This document shows positions 11,232-24,880 of a DNA stretch of 64,000 bases, one piece after another. The position numbers were made by a program, and so were the translations under genes. The notes under the pieces are model-generated. The model made no database searches, had not been told where the DNA came from, and saw nothing but the letters and a program-made list of their open reading frames with translations. How positions within the stretch are numbered: position 1 is the stretch's first letter; each line of letters opens with the position of its first letter. The DNA comes from Camelus ferus. Lineage: Eukaryota. The stretch lies in contig NC_045696.1 in the NCBI RefSeq assembly GCF_009834535.1, positions 51,276,001 to 51,340,000 on the forward strand, written 5' to 3'.

Positions 11232-14200
11232 AGTGCCTTCCGTGCGGCTCCGGGGTGGCTCCCTGCTCTGCTCCCTTGCATCGTGCACTTCAGTACATGC
11301 AGGATGCTCGCGTTTATCCCCAGTTTCTTAAAGGCATTTAGGGCCATGCTCAGGTTTAGACACTGGACTGGGAAGAAATTAATTTTTCTGACTTCACAAC
11401 TTAAGGGATTTTTATATCGAAGCAGTAAAAGTAGAGCCATTCCTTTCCAGTCACCTTATTAACTAACTCAGTCACCGGAAGTTGAAAGGGTGTGGATTGC
11501 TGATGCACAAATTGATAGAAGCAGTTCCCATCCATTAGTATGCAGGGGGGAGGGAGCTTTGCATTAGGGTGGTTCTAGTCTCTTTCAATTCCTAATAGCC
11601 ATGTGACCCTTAGTCGAATCACTTCCCCAAGTCTCAGGTTTATCTGTCACATGGGGTTCTGATGCCTGCCCTGGTACCTCACGGACTGGCTGGGGGTAGG
11701 GGGGTTACGTGAGGGTCACGTGAGGGATGAGGTGTGTGGAAAGCACTGAAAAACGACTAAAGCACCAGAGAGGCGTGAGTACTATTAGGAGAATCCTAAG
11801 ACTGGAAAAAATGTTTGTAGGCCAGAACATTGAAGCCAATATTATTAGAGTAATCCATTTTCAGCATTTCAGTGAAAAAAAATCCCCAAACACCATGTTG
11901 TACAGTTCTGGGAACTTCTGTTTCTGAAGTATTAGACATTAACTACTCAAAGAGGGTAGAAGATGACCAGGTGGATTTACGCTGTTGTCTCATCTTGGAA
12001 GGACAGTTGATAATAATTATAATTATTGCTAGTATAATGTACAGTGAGTGGTCATGAGTTTAGGTGATGAGTTCTTACATTTATCTTATGTCTTCTGTAT
12101 GTATTCTGTTTGGATTTACTCTGAGTAACTCCACTAGGCATCAGTGTTTTTTCCTTTTCCTTGTTTTGCCTGGTCAGGTGCTAGCACACTTGTGACGATG
12201 GCTGGGTGAGAACAGACACTCCTGTGGGGAACATTTGACTCTTTCCTGGGCAGGGTGGCTGGTTAATATCAAGGGCTTGACTTTTTTGTTCATGTAAGTA
12301 ATTCAGACACTGTCAGTAATAGCGCTAACCAGTAATATAGCAAAACCCAGCCTTCTGGTGTTCACGTTATTCTGGCCTGAACTCTTCTTTGAGGGGCTGA
12401 TGGACGCCTTCCCACTTAACTTGCACATGACTTCTCATATACCTTTCTCGAGATACAAGTATCTCACTAGGAGAGAAGAAACAGGGCATATATGGTTTCC
12501 ACTAATTAATGGATTACTGTTCTTCCTTAGCTCTTTCTGACTTGTTTCTTTAATCATAACTCAAAAGGAAAAACGTGTAAAGGATTAAATATTTAGAGTG
12601 GGTCTGTGCTACCACCGAATTAAGATGAGGCAGTTTCAGATGGGGAGCAAACCCTCTTGGAATATTTGGTTCTGTACATGCACGTTTTTTTGGAACCTCA
12701 AAGAATTCATGAGCCATTACATTTGCCTTAGCTTATAGCTTAATATGGGGGAAATATTGCCAGCTTTTTCAGTCTTTCTGTGCATGCTGCTGTAGCAAGA
12801 GGTTTATAAAGGTTGAGAAAAAATATTGCTACTTCTACGACTCTACCCTCTGCAGCACCATCCCTAGCCCTGCCGTTTATCAGGGCTGTCCTTAAGCCAG
12901 GCACCACGTCGCTATACAAGCTTGTCGTTGGTCTCCCCAGAGACGGATTGTTTAACGAACGAGAGGCTCTGTATTCCACAGGGATGAGCCAAAGAGCACG
13001 TGTGGGGATGTTAGCTGAGTCTGTGGTTTACTGTACGGTGATGCCCTATCTCTGGCCCAGAATCAAGCATTCATTTGGAATTAACATTGGAGCTGATAAA
13101 ACTAATTCCTTTCCATATAGGTTTGAGATAAGAGAGAGGGCAGTAATGTCAAAGACAGCACACATGGCCTGAAATCTCTGCTTGTAGTCTCTTGAGTGCC
13201 AGATGTATAGCCAAATCTGATTGTCTAGTGATTGATAATGAAATTCAAATTAATATAGTCAGCAATTTTGGCCTCTTGCTAGATATTTAACAATCAAAAT
13301 GTGGTGTGCTGACGATGAAGAGCACCCAGGAGACCAGCCATTTGGCGGAATTAGGAATGATACCACTTTTATAACCACCACCCCTAACGGGGTTACCGGG
13401 ATGGGGCAACTCACTCAGATGAGGACTCCCTGTATATTATTCTGACTTGGAGTTAAGGTGTTTGTTTGAAGTTCCTTGAGAACTTCATGATTGGCAGCTT
13501 ACAGAAGAAAGCTCAAGCCTTTGAAAAGCTCAGTGGGTTTGTAGACGTAAAAGCCTATTGAAGTATTTGTACCAAAAGGAGCAGCAAACAAGGGGCAATC
13601 TGTGAGCTGTTTCTGTAGACTCGGGGACTTCCTTGGTCGGTGCTCCTGGACTTTTAAGCCTTTGTATGATCTGGAACTGTTAGAGGGATTTTTGTCCTTT
13701 TAAAGGACAAGGCCTCTGAATGAGTGAGTCCCAGAGACACATGGGGTGGTGGTGGCCGTGGGGAATTGCCCTCCAGACCTATAACCAGCAGTGTCTTGGC
13801 CATAGGAGCAGCACCCCCCAACATATTTCAAACAAGTGAGTTCCCTCCTTTCACCCCGCATCCTCAGCCTCTGTTAATAAACATACTGGATGTGGAGTTC
13901 AGTAAATGATCTACTATATTCTGACCACTTACATTACTCTCAGGCCATGTACTATTCCTGGGGAAGAGAAACGAGTCCATTTGGAAGATTTGAGGTTGAA
14001 ATAGTTAAGGATCAGGATTGCACAAAGGGAGAAAATCCTTCAATATTTAGAAATGTTATGATGCTCAAAGAGTACTTTGTGGCTCCAGCTGGGCCCATCT
14101 GAAGTGAACTGACCATTAACAGTGCCTCTTTGATAGGTATCTTGATGCTGCTGAAGTCAAGCCATAAGTGTGTTTTAGGGCCCTGGGCTGCTCATGTCAG

Positions 14201-15580
14201 GCACCTGTGTGTCTGTGTTTACGAGACTGTCAGTCTCTGCTTCCCAAGTACTGGTGGCTTCCTTTGGTGGATGAAGTCATGTTGTCTTCCACTGCACCAT
14301 CTGCCTAGCAGAAAGACTGCTACAAACTTTCTCTTATGCAATAGTCCTTGGTATTTCTAAAATTTTTGGCAAGAGAAAATTTTCTATACTAGAATCTTCC
14401 ACTGCCAGAAAACAATGCTGGTAAGGTTCTCTGTAATAGTGACCATCTGCTTAATAGACTATTTCCTTTGGGTAGGACATCAGCTTTTTATTATAAAACA
14501 ACTAATAGAAGCAAAAATAAGAGTATCTAGAAGCACAGCTTTAACCAGGATGTTGAAAAATTAATGTTTTGTGAGGTTTAAGGATCTCTTTAAATTAGGT
14601 AGGTTTATACTGACAGCTTCATTTTAGCCACATTTTGGTACACTGCATTTTAAAAAGAATTTTCTCAAAGAAGAAATGCATAATGGAGACTTTTGTTTGA
14701 GGCGCCCATTTGGAATCTGGTTTTCTCAGCAGCAGCTTGGCGGGTGTGCCATTTTGTCTGAGACACTGCAAAGGTGATGCGGGGTGAGAGTGAGCTGTGC
14801 TTCACTGAATGCAGAGTAAAATTCGTTACGTTCTTGTGGATATCTGTTGTGATTCATATAAACTTCTTCTGCAAAATCAGCTACATTTAGTCCTGTTTCT
14901 AATGGACAGTTATCCCCACTTCCCCAAGTGTTTCGTTGTAGTAGCAGCAGCAGCAGGCCAAAGACGGGATAGTTCACGGAGACAGATTTCCTCAGAGGCT
15001 GTGACTATTGCTGAGCTGGGCTTGTGACTTTTTACGACTGTAGCCTCCCTGATGGCGCCTTTCACTTTTAGAAAATTCATTCTTTCACAGCAGAGCTTTA
15101 AAACTAGAGCTAGTCTGTTTCAGTTATCGATGCAACTAAAACTCTGTTTCTTCAGACGACGCCCCTGACCAGATGCCACGTTACACAGCTGGCAGGCTCA
15201 GCTTGTCGTCCTGTGGTCTGAGTGATGTGATGGTTTGAGTTGTTAGGGCTTCGGAGCCTTTTCATTTGATCACACTTCTGGGTCTGACAGACTAAAGGAA
15301 AGCCAGGAAAATTTATGGAATGTTAAATTCCGTGTTAGAGTTCATATTTAATGTAACTGGCTCAGCACCGTTAAACGGGATTTCCGAAGCCAGCTCTGGA
15401 GGCCGTGGGCTGAACATTTTGCACTGTTTTGTACTTGTGATCGTATCCTCTTATCACCTCAGACTCAGACACAAGGCCTTTTAAATGGAGATTTAAAAAA
15501 TTACTGCCATTTATGTGAAATAATGTACTGTGACCAAGTTGTTTAAATGGAAAATAAAGTGCTTTCTTTAAGGAAAAGAG
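11232..15580 (+). other. ZDHHC23: Long ZDHHC23 3'UTR; likely polyA signal AATAAA at 15553-15558, further cluster at 15980-15996
   Basis: Largely repeat-poor sequence; the AATAAA is followed by a GT-rich element (gttgatgtttcttggtgtgtc). Confidence 0.6.
11570..11790 (+). mobile_element. MIR remnant in the ZDHHC23 3'UTR
   Basis: tagccatgtgaccc...tctcaggtttatctgtcacatgggg...gaaagcact resembles the MIR core. Confidence 0.55.
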
Positions 15581-16435
15581 TTGATGTTTCTTGGTGTGTC
15601 TCCTGAACTCTTCAGCTTTAAGAAAAGCCTGCTTTAGGGCTGGGCTGCCTCTTTGGCAACCTGGATGTCCCCATCCTATGGATTTAGAGTGTCCCTACCC
15701 CTGAGCTACTGTTTTCCTCATGGTTACCGTTCCAGTTCTGTAGGCCAGGAATACTGCCTACTTGGGCATTTCATTAGCAGTACCATTTTAAACCATATCT
15801 TTTAAGATAGTGCAGGAAGAAACATAGGTCATTTATTAAGTTATTTACTAAGTAGGTCATTTTCTAAGTTATTTTCCTGCATCTCTTTAGAAGGTTGTAA
15901 AAGTAGATAAAATGTCCTCGCTGGCCCAATCAGAATGTGGGCTGCTGAAGACTCAATTTCTAATTGATGCTTGAGGTGAAATAAAAATAAAATAAAGCTG
16001 AAGAGAGAAAAAACTTAAGCTTTATGGGATTTATTTAGGCCCCTGGCAGGTTTACTTGAGGAATTCACCCTTCCTTGTCTATAGGCTTGGCATTAAAATA
16101 AAATTGGTATTTTATTTCTGGGTGCCAATATCAGCCAATATTCTGTAATTGTACTATAGATAAGAAAAAACAGTGATTTAGATGGAAAGAGGTTAACTAT
16201 GAGCTACTTTTAGTCCCATTTCTTCAGTGGCCATTAGTCTTAAAAAGGTTTCAGATGATGACTGTATAATCATATCAAAGGAAAAGATGAGTGGGGACAG
16301 GGACATTGTGGAAGAAACCAAGTTCGGTGTAGGGTGCTCTTTCCTATCCGAGTAAATCATAGCACATCTTCCATAGAAAACAGATCTAAGTGTTGTAGCT
16401 AGATAGCCCTTCTAGGGAGTAAGAGACAATAACAG

Positions 16436-16463
16436 TTTATTGAGCAACACACACAATTTTATT
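16436..16463 (-). terminator. CCDC191: Candidate CCDC191 polyA signals (two AATAAA on the minus strand)
   Basis: TTTATT at 16436-16441 and 16458-16463, with GT-rich sequence downstream on the minus strand. Confidence 0.55.
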
Positions 16464-17492
16464 TTACCAACTCAAATTTTCAACTTACCAAATAGTAGTT
16501 ACCTCGGGGCTCAAGGGACTATTCTCATTTTACTCTGATTTTACCTGTGCATCTACTACCTGAATTTGTTGTAATGAACATGTATTTTGTAATGAAGATT
16601 TTTTTCTAGCAGGTACCCTTTCAGACAGTTCACAGGAGTGTTTTGTCAGTCTTTATGTTCTTCAGCACTTTGAAGATGAAAACATTCTTTGAATTCAAGA
16701 TAAGTATCTCAACAGATCAAACTGAGCTGAGGACTAGAAGACAGAACGAGTGTGTTGTTTAGAAGTTGCAATCAGGAGAGTGAACAAACTGCTGGGCTGC
16801 TTTGATAGAGTCTTTAACTTTTGGAACTGCCTTCTTGCTTATCAGAGTGCACTGAAGAGAGGTATCTTTGGTGCCCCCACTTCTCTGAAGCCAGGACACG
16901 CTGCTATCCTTGGCAGCAGCTGCCTAGAGAACCTTTTGATCTGTGGTTTTCCATCGGGGTGGGCAAAAGGGACAGGGTCTGGCAGAATGCCTGTTGCTGC
17001 TGCTAAGGTACTAGACGGCTGACCCTCCTTTTCTAAGTACTCACTACTTTTAATTTGTATTTAATTAAAATTACATTTGTCAGCAATTCACCTTACATTA
17101 TAAGGACCCATTTTCCTTCACAGCCTCAGGCAAGCAAACACTTGTCTTTTTTAAAGTTTATGATACTATAAATAGATAGGATAGGATACATTTGAACAGC
17201 AGAGCTCTAGACTGTTCGACTGTTCCTTTGGATGGTCCCGCTGTGGTAAATGCTTCAGCGGACTGACAAGCAATCCACGAGAAATCAAGAAGTTCAAAGT
17301 CACAAAATACTTTCTCTGATCCAAGAGGTATGTGACAGAACATAAGCCAGGTATATGTGTGTCTGTGAGCGGGTGGAGATAACACACAGACACACAGACT
17401 GACGCCGACCCCGTTGGCAGCCCTGGTCCGTGTTCACCGGCACACCAAGGCCTCCTCCCACCCAAGGGCCGAGCACCCGACTGCTGTATGAG

Positions 17493-17637
17493 TCACAGCG
17501 GTGCGAACATCCGGAAATCTGGAAGAATTTCAGCAACCTTCCTACGGAGCTGCTCTCGCCTTTCTTCTTTGCCTCTTTCTTCCTTTGTAAATTTTGCAAA
17601 CTTCTTCCATGTCTGAAATGTGGTCCAGAGAATCCTC
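17493..17637 (-). CDS. CCDC191: CCDC191 terminal coding exon
   Basis: Acceptor cttattcttaaag|; RILWTTFQTWKKFAKFTKEERGKEERREQLRRKVAEILPDFRMFAPL*. Confidence 0.9.
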
Positions 17638-18440
17638 CTTTAAGAATAAGAAGGAAAAATGTGAAATGCTAAGGAAAAGCTGACTTTCCATTGAACTGCA
17701 CTGCAAACTTTATGGAAGGAATCTTTATGTGAACAAAATATGAAAGGTATGGAAATCACAATATGGGTTCAGACAGTAATTTTATGAAGATGATAGAGCA
17801 ACTGAGGAGGATGGGAGTGACTAGTAGGTTATCTTTTCCATCAGGTGGTCAGTGAAGCCCTCTGTGAGGTGACACCTGAGCAGAGCAGCTGGTGCCTCTG
17901 AGTGCAGGCTGTGAGATGTCCTCCTCAGGGGACCTGATGGCAGCCCGCACCCTGTGTGCAAGACAGGACAGCGGAGTAAGGGCTCCAGTGGTGTAAGCCC
18001 TCCAGGCAGAGATGCAGGGAAAGCACATGCAGCACGTGCCAGTTATAAGCATCAAGGTCCTGGTGCTCGGCCCACTGGTAACCTCAACTCCAACAATGGT
18101 CTTTTGAATTTGAAGACAAGATACCCTAGCATTACATCCTGAAAAATTGGTTCTGGAGGGTCACATGTTGAAGCAAGGGTGTCTGCTGTCGTAGGGAGGC
18201 AGGCGATGGCCTTTTAAAGTAGCACAACTATGGGATTCCTTAGTGTCCACTAAAGCTGAGCACCAGGGATACAGAGGCAGACCAGTCTGCCCAGGAAGGG
18301 TTCACCTGGGGGAGAGATCACCTCAGTGCAGTGGGGGCTGCAGGGCTGGAGGTAAGTGCTGGTAGATCAGGATACTGCCTGGTCTGGTGGTGAGGAGCAT
18401 CAGAAGTTTTTTTAAGAGATGATGTCTGAACTGGGTTTTT

Positions 18441-18985
18441 TTGTTTGTTTTTTTTTTTTAATATATAACTTTGATTTGTATTTTTAGTGGCGGTTGTAAT
18501 TTTAAAGTGATAATTTGAATAGAATTGTTTTTATTTATGTTGTACTATTTTATGTGAATAGAAAGTGGTATTTGTTAAATGGATGCTAAATTGTTCATAA
18601 TCTTTAAAACTTTTTTCCTTTTTTACAGATTTCTTTATAGATTATTACAAGATAGTGGGTATGATTCCCTGTGCTATATGGTAAATCCTTGTTGCTTATC
18701 TATTTTATGTACAGTAGTTTGTATCTGCTAATCCCATATTCCCATTTGTCCTTTCATCTATCCTTTCCCCTTTGGGAATTGTAAGTTTGTTTTCTGTGTC
18801 TGTGAGTCTGTTTCTGTTTTGTATATACATTCATTTGTATTATTTTTAGATTCCACATATAAGTGCTATCATATAATAATTTGTTTTTCTATCTGACTTA
18901 ATTCATTAAGTATAATATTCTTTAGGTCCATCCATGTTGCCACAATGGCAATATTTCATTCTTTTTAATGGCTGAGTAATATTCC

Positions 18986-19036
<51 letters not shown>

Positions 19037-21983
19037 TATATATTGTGTATGGGGATACATACACACACACATTTTAAGCCAGTTGTTTGTTGATGGGCAC
19101 TTGGGCTCCTTCTATGTCTTGGTTATTTTAAATTATGAGCATTGCTGCTATGAACATTGGGATGCATGTATCTTTTTGAATTAGAGTTTTCGTTTTTTCT
19201 GGACATATACCCTGGAGGGAATTGCTGGATCATATGGTAGCTGTATTTTTAGTTTCATAAGGAAACTCCATACTGTTTTCTATAGTGGATACACCAATTT
19301 ACATTCCCATGAACAATGTACAAGGATTCTTCCCTTTTTCCACACCCTCTCCAGCATTTATTACTTGTAGACTTTTTGATGATGGCCATTCTGACCAGTT
19401 TTGATTTGCATTTCTCTAATAATTACTGATGTTGAAGATCTCTTCCTGTGCCTGTTGGCCATCTGTGTGTCTTTGGAAAAATGTCTGTTTAGGTCTTCTG
19501 CCCCTTTTTTGATTGGGTTTTTTCAATATTGAGTTGTATGAGCTATTTGTTTATTCTGGATATTAACCCCTTGTGAGTCCTGTCATTTGCAAATATTTCC
19601 CCCCATTACATAGGTTATCTTTTCATTTTGTTGATAGTATCCTTTGCTATGCAAAAGCTTTTAAGTTTGATTAGATCTCATTTGTTTACTTTTATTTCTT
19701 TTGCTTTCGGAGACAGATCTAAGAAAATATTGCTATGGTTTATGTCCAGGAATGTCTTGCCTATGTTCTCTTCTAGGAGGTTTTATGGTGATATATCTTA
19801 ACATTTAGGTCTTTAAAATGATTTTGAGTTTTATTTTTGTATATGGTGTGAGGGAATGTTCTAATTTCACTGGTTTACATATAAGCAGTCCAGCTTTCCC
19901 AGCACCACTTGTTGAAGACACTGTCTTTTCTGCACTGTACATTCCTGCCTGCGTTGTCATACACTAACTGACCACAGGTGCGCGACTTTATTTCTGGGCT
20001 CTCTGTTCTGTTCTGCTGACCTGTTTTTGTGCCAGTACTACTCTGTTTTGATTACAGAGTAATCATAGATCTTGTATGTTGCTTTTATTTGTTTTTCATT
20101 TGTCTTTCTGTCTGCTGTTCTGATTGGGTGATTTTCATTATTCTATCTTTCAGATCATTTATGTGTTCTGTGTCATTTAGTTGGCTATCCATTGCTTTTA
20201 GATTGCATTTTATCTCAGAAATTGAATTCTACATTTTTGACGGGTTCATCTTTTTAGTTTCTAGTTCCTTGTTACAGTGATCTGTGTTTCTTTTGATAAG
20301 CTTTCTTAATTTAGTCAGCATTTTTATTACCATCTTTTTGAACTTGGAATCTGGTAGACTGGTGAGCTCTTGTTTCATTATTTGTTCTTTCAGGGGATTT
20401 TTCTTGCTCTTTTTATTGGGACCAGTTCCTCTGTCTTTTCATTTTACTTAACTGTTTTTCTCTTGAATTTATAGAGACAGAGAAAGTTATCTACTGGTCT
20501 TGAAAGAGTGTTTTTATGTGGGAGCATCCCCGTGTAGACTGTTTGTGTCCAGTATTTTTGGTGCGAGGGTTGGTTTTGATACGGATGCCAGCCACGTCAT
20601 TCCTCAGGGTGTGCTGGCCGTTATCACCTTGATGGGGGGTGGTTGGTGTTGGGGGATCTAAATCCCAAGCAGAGCGTGAGGCAGGACTTCCTCTCTGCTC
20701 GGTGGCAGTCGCCGCCCTGTCAGGTTCCCAATGGTTGGAGTAGAAGCCCTGAGGGTGAGGCCCGATCAGACTGCATTCCCCTGAGCGCGTGCCCTGCCCC
20801 AGAGTTGGGGGAGCGCTGAAGTGGGGGAGGCTCGTGCACTTAGAGGTCCAGTGCCCCGCCTGTGTAGGTGTCCGTGGCTCTGCTCAGATGCAGCCCAACG
20901 TCACGTCTCTTCCCGTTGTGTTTGTCCCACATTTAGTGCAAGGTGTGGTGTGGACTGGCTGGGGCTGGAACGTTCACGAGGCTGGGGCTGGGGGGTCAGG
21001 GAATTATGGCTGCAGGAAGTGACGTGGCTGTGCTGCCACCTGAGATCTGGGCTGCTTCTGTGGCACTCTTCTCCCAGGACCTGTCTGCCCCAGGTCCAGT
21101 GCTAAGCTGTGGTGCGGAGTGGGTGGCTCTGGGAGAGGAACCCTGGTGTGTTCCTGCAGCACCGCAGGAGTGAGCTCTGACAATGGCCGCTGCTGCCGCC
21201 CCACCCAGCTCACACCCCAGTCCCCCTGGGCCGTCTCTGAGCAGCTAGGCTGAGCCTTCTCCCTGGGCTTGCCTGTCCCAGATCCTGCACTAAGCTGCAG
21301 TGTGGAGTGTTTGCTCGGCGGGAGGGTGAACCACCACGTGCTCCTGGGGTCCCGTCCGGGTGAACGCTGACCATGGCTGCTGCCACTCCACCGAAATCAC
21401 ACCCCAGGCTCCCCGGCGCTCTCTGCGTAGCTTGACCGAGTCTTTTCCCAGCGCCCAGGTGGCCCAGATCTTGCACCACGTGGGTGTGGAGGGGGCAGGG
21501 CAGAAGTGTTCTCCCTGTTCTGATTAGGGAGTCCAGGAAGGTGGAGCCACCGGTGCAAGGCTCTCTCGCCATGGCTGTTGGCAAGACAACTTGTGTGCGC
21601 TGCTTGAAAGTAGAGTCTAGGCTTCTCCAGCCCTTCTCTCTGTCCCAGCAGTTCTCCCAGCAGCCAAGGGGGCTGTCTCCTCTGTGCAGGACCCCAGGAC
21701 TGGGATGCCCAGATTGTGGCTCCACCTGCTCCCTCCCCAGGGCGAGGTTCCATCTGTGCAGACCTCCTCTTTTCAGATCCCTCCCAGGGGCGCAGGTCCT
21801 GGCCTGATGCCTCTTCTCCATCCTACCCAGTTAAGTGGAGATCTTTCTTGCAGCTTTGGTTATATGGGAGATCTTCTGCCAGTTTCCAGTTTTCTGTGAG
21901 AATTGTTCCACATGTAGATGTATTTTTGTGTTTCTGGGAGAGGTGAGCACCACATATTCCTACTCTGCCATCTTGATCCCTCC
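18441..21983 (-). mobile_element. Internally deleted L1: 5'UTR and start of ORF1 joined to ORF2 3' end/3'UTR, with tail and imperfect TSD
   Basis: 5' end GGAGGGATCAAGATGGCAGAGTAGG at 21983; ORF1-to-ORF2 junction at about 20065; T-run at about 18436-18459; TSD tgaactgggttttt / tgagctgaattttt. Confidence 0.8.
18988..19033. repeat. (TG)23 microsatellite in L1 3' region
   Basis: Direct reading. Confidence 0.95.
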
Positions 21984-23059
21984 TGAGCTGAATTTTTATC
22001 AAAGAAACAGCTTTCCTAGAAGAGGACACATCTTGAGTACAGGCAGAGGCAAGAATAGCTAAGTTTATATTTTCACAACTAGAGGCATAGATGGAATTTA
22101 TTCTGGCTTTCTTGACCTTTTAATGAAGCTCCCCTAGAATGTATTTCAGTCTCCATTAATTTTATGGCTGATGGCTGTTTGATGTTTCTGATAATGTTGA
22201 TTTTTTTGTTGTTGTTGGAGGAGGTATTACTGTTAAGTTAAAAACAAAACAAGAGCCTCAAGGAGTGGCGCTGCTTCATCTGCTTTCTTCCATCCATCCA
22301 GTCCATCACTTACAGCTTCCTGTACTCGGCCGTATGACCCACTCCCAGTCCTTGACCCCACTGCCCACTCTCACCTGCTGTTCACACCTTTTTCTAAATG
22401 GGGCTACATTCCCATTTTCTGACTTCTACATTTTAGCTCCTACTGTTCTACCCTAACTGAAGTGCTCTGCCCCCTGGGGGGAATCTTCCTAGATCATCTT
22501 CACCTCCATTTATTTTCCCGTCCTCCAAACTCCTAAAGCGCGTGGTCACAGTCACTGGTTTGGTGCTTATTTATAGTATCTACCTACCTACCATCCATGT
22601 CCATCTATGTCCATCTACCTACATCTGTCCCCCTGAGGTCCACAAGCTCCTTGACGTTTTGTGTGAAGCTCTGTGTGATGTGCACGTGTGCATTTTCTGG
22701 GGAGCAGGTCTGTGACTTTCATTACTACCTCACAGGGCTCTAAGACTCCAAAGTAGTTAAGAACTGCAGTACCAAGGCAATATCAGAAATTTACCCAGAA
22801 GTACTGGTTCAGCTGGGAAGGACTGGGCAAGTGCATGGCTGGGCTCTACCTGCACAGCAACACAGTGCCTGCTGATGATGAAGACTTAGGTCTGCTGACA
22901 TCTCTTAGTCCTGCCATGTATAAAATACCAGACTTTTTATAAGTCTATATTCTTTCATTCAAATAAAACTGAATTAAGAACTCTGAATGTCAATTTTAAG
23001 TGTTAAAGTTCCTTTTAAAAGATCTGTGACTACATATTAGTATCACTCCTGCAGTAAAA

Positions 23060-23420
23060 CTCATTCATTCATTCATTCGTGTACCAAGTACTATCACATA
23101 CCCATGTATTGGGCTCTGTCATGCTGAGAATACAGCAGTGAGCAAGATGTGGTGGGGACGGACAGACAACAAACATATAAACAGTGATAATTTCAGAGAG
23201 TCTTAAGTGCTATGAAGAAAACAGGGCAGGTTATTGGACAGACAGGGATGGAGGCCAGTGGTGTGCATTTGAGTGGAAACCTGAATGGTGAGGAGATACA
23301 GGTCACGTGAGAGCTCTGAAGCAGGTATGAGTGTGGTTTGTCCAAGGAGCACTGAGAGAGGCCAGTGGGGCTGGACCAGGGAGAACGAGGAGATGCATGG
23401 GAAGGGATGAAGTCACAGCA
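23060..23420. mobile_element. L2 remnant
   Basis: cattcattcattc...taagtgctatgaagaaa...gaggccagtggggctgga L2-like motifs. Confidence 0.55.
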
Positions 23421-24499
23421 GTGCTTTTACATCAGGCAGACCCTGGCTGAGAATTTATTTCTTGTTGAATGCATGGATTTCCATACCGATTACGTAACTT
23501 CAAACCCTGAATAGGACCACCATCTTACTATTTTATTTTAATTGACAGATGAGATTGAATTATTAGAAAAATTGGGAAGAAGACTGATTTAGCAAGAAGA
23601 GAATGATTTGGAGTCAGAAAACCTGACGGAGTCCAGGGTCCACCATTTGTTATTTGAGCACCTTGGGCAATTCACCAACCTGGTTGTAACTTCAGTTTCC
23701 TTCCCTGAAAACGGGAATCCTGACGTCCGCCCCCCTCCCCTCCGGCCTACACTGCGGTCAGATGAGGTGGTGTGTGAAAGCCCCCTCACTGTCCTGTCAC
23801 ATCAGGCAGCTGCCCCAGGGAATCTTTCATTCTGTTTTTGGCAGCTGAGAAGCAGAAAACAAAAGATGTTTAATAATAATACATTAACATGACAATAAAC
23901 AAAAAAACAGCTATTATTTTGGGCCAAGCAGTGCATTAATTGAGGTCCCTTGTTACCTTGTTTTGTCTTTACAACAACCCCATAAAGACTGTGGTTCTGT
24001 GGTTATCCTCGTATAAACGAGGACCAGGGAGGTTCAAATGAAAGCATTTATTCAAAGGCAAGTCCTCTGAATCCCCTGATTCATTGCCTATTTATTTTAG
24101 ACAAAATTAGAATCAACTTGCTTACGTTTTCCCAGCCCACGGATTTCAGTATCTGTAAACAAAGATGAGCAGGTGTTGCTGGAGGTGGGCGCCCTCCCAG
24201 CGACACAACAGGAGTACTTATAGAAAAACAGACACACACACCACTCCACAAATGAAAACAAGGCAACCCAAAAGTCAGTGTAGTGAGAAAAGGGACACGT
24301 CTACACGTCCACAACTGTCTGCACACCTCAGAACCTGGACGCACGGGCCCGCCGTGGTAACTGATGCTCGGAAGGAATGACATTAAATCCCCAAAAAAGG
24401 GCAGGCAGGTCACTTGTTTACTCTCAAAGGGAAGTGCAAGATGGAAATTTAGAACATTCCTATCCAAAATGCTTAAAGTTAGAAGACAAAGAAAAAGTG

Positions 24500-24880
24500 T
24501 ACTTACATGGAATACTTACTCCTCAAGGACTGAATTAAAGACATCACTATATTATAAATGTTAATAAGACATAGTATGATTCTACTTTTATAAAGTTCCA
24601 AGCCTTGAAGTCTGCATACTTAGGAGGTAAAAATAAAAAGACGTGCCAGGAAGTGTTCTCCACAAAGGTCAGGAGAATAGTTTACCTTCAGGAGGGAGAG
24701 GCAAGGCCTGTGATTGGGAAGGAGCCTGGAGGGACTTCAGAGGACAGCAGTGTCCTAGACCTCACGGTGGTAACCAGGGTGTCCATTTTATACAAGTTCT
24801 GGATATTAAGCTTTATTTGTATTATTTAACCACTTTTCTATATTTGTGTTATATTTCACAATAGATAATGTTTAAAAGAA
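24500..24880 (+). mobile_element. Old L1 (L1M-type) 3' fragment
   Basis: atggaatact...catagtatgattc...aggagaatagtttacc...tgtgttatatttcacaata plus A-rich end. Confidence 0.55.

Noticed and set aside
14400..14407. miR-34/449 8mer seed match CACTGCCA in the ZDHHC23 3'UTR
   Set aside because: A single seed match in a 4-kb UTR is uninformative without conservation data
20789..22062. Cluster of 70-200 aa ORFs
   Set aside because: They lie in a GC-rich L1 5'UTR and show no recognisable protein features
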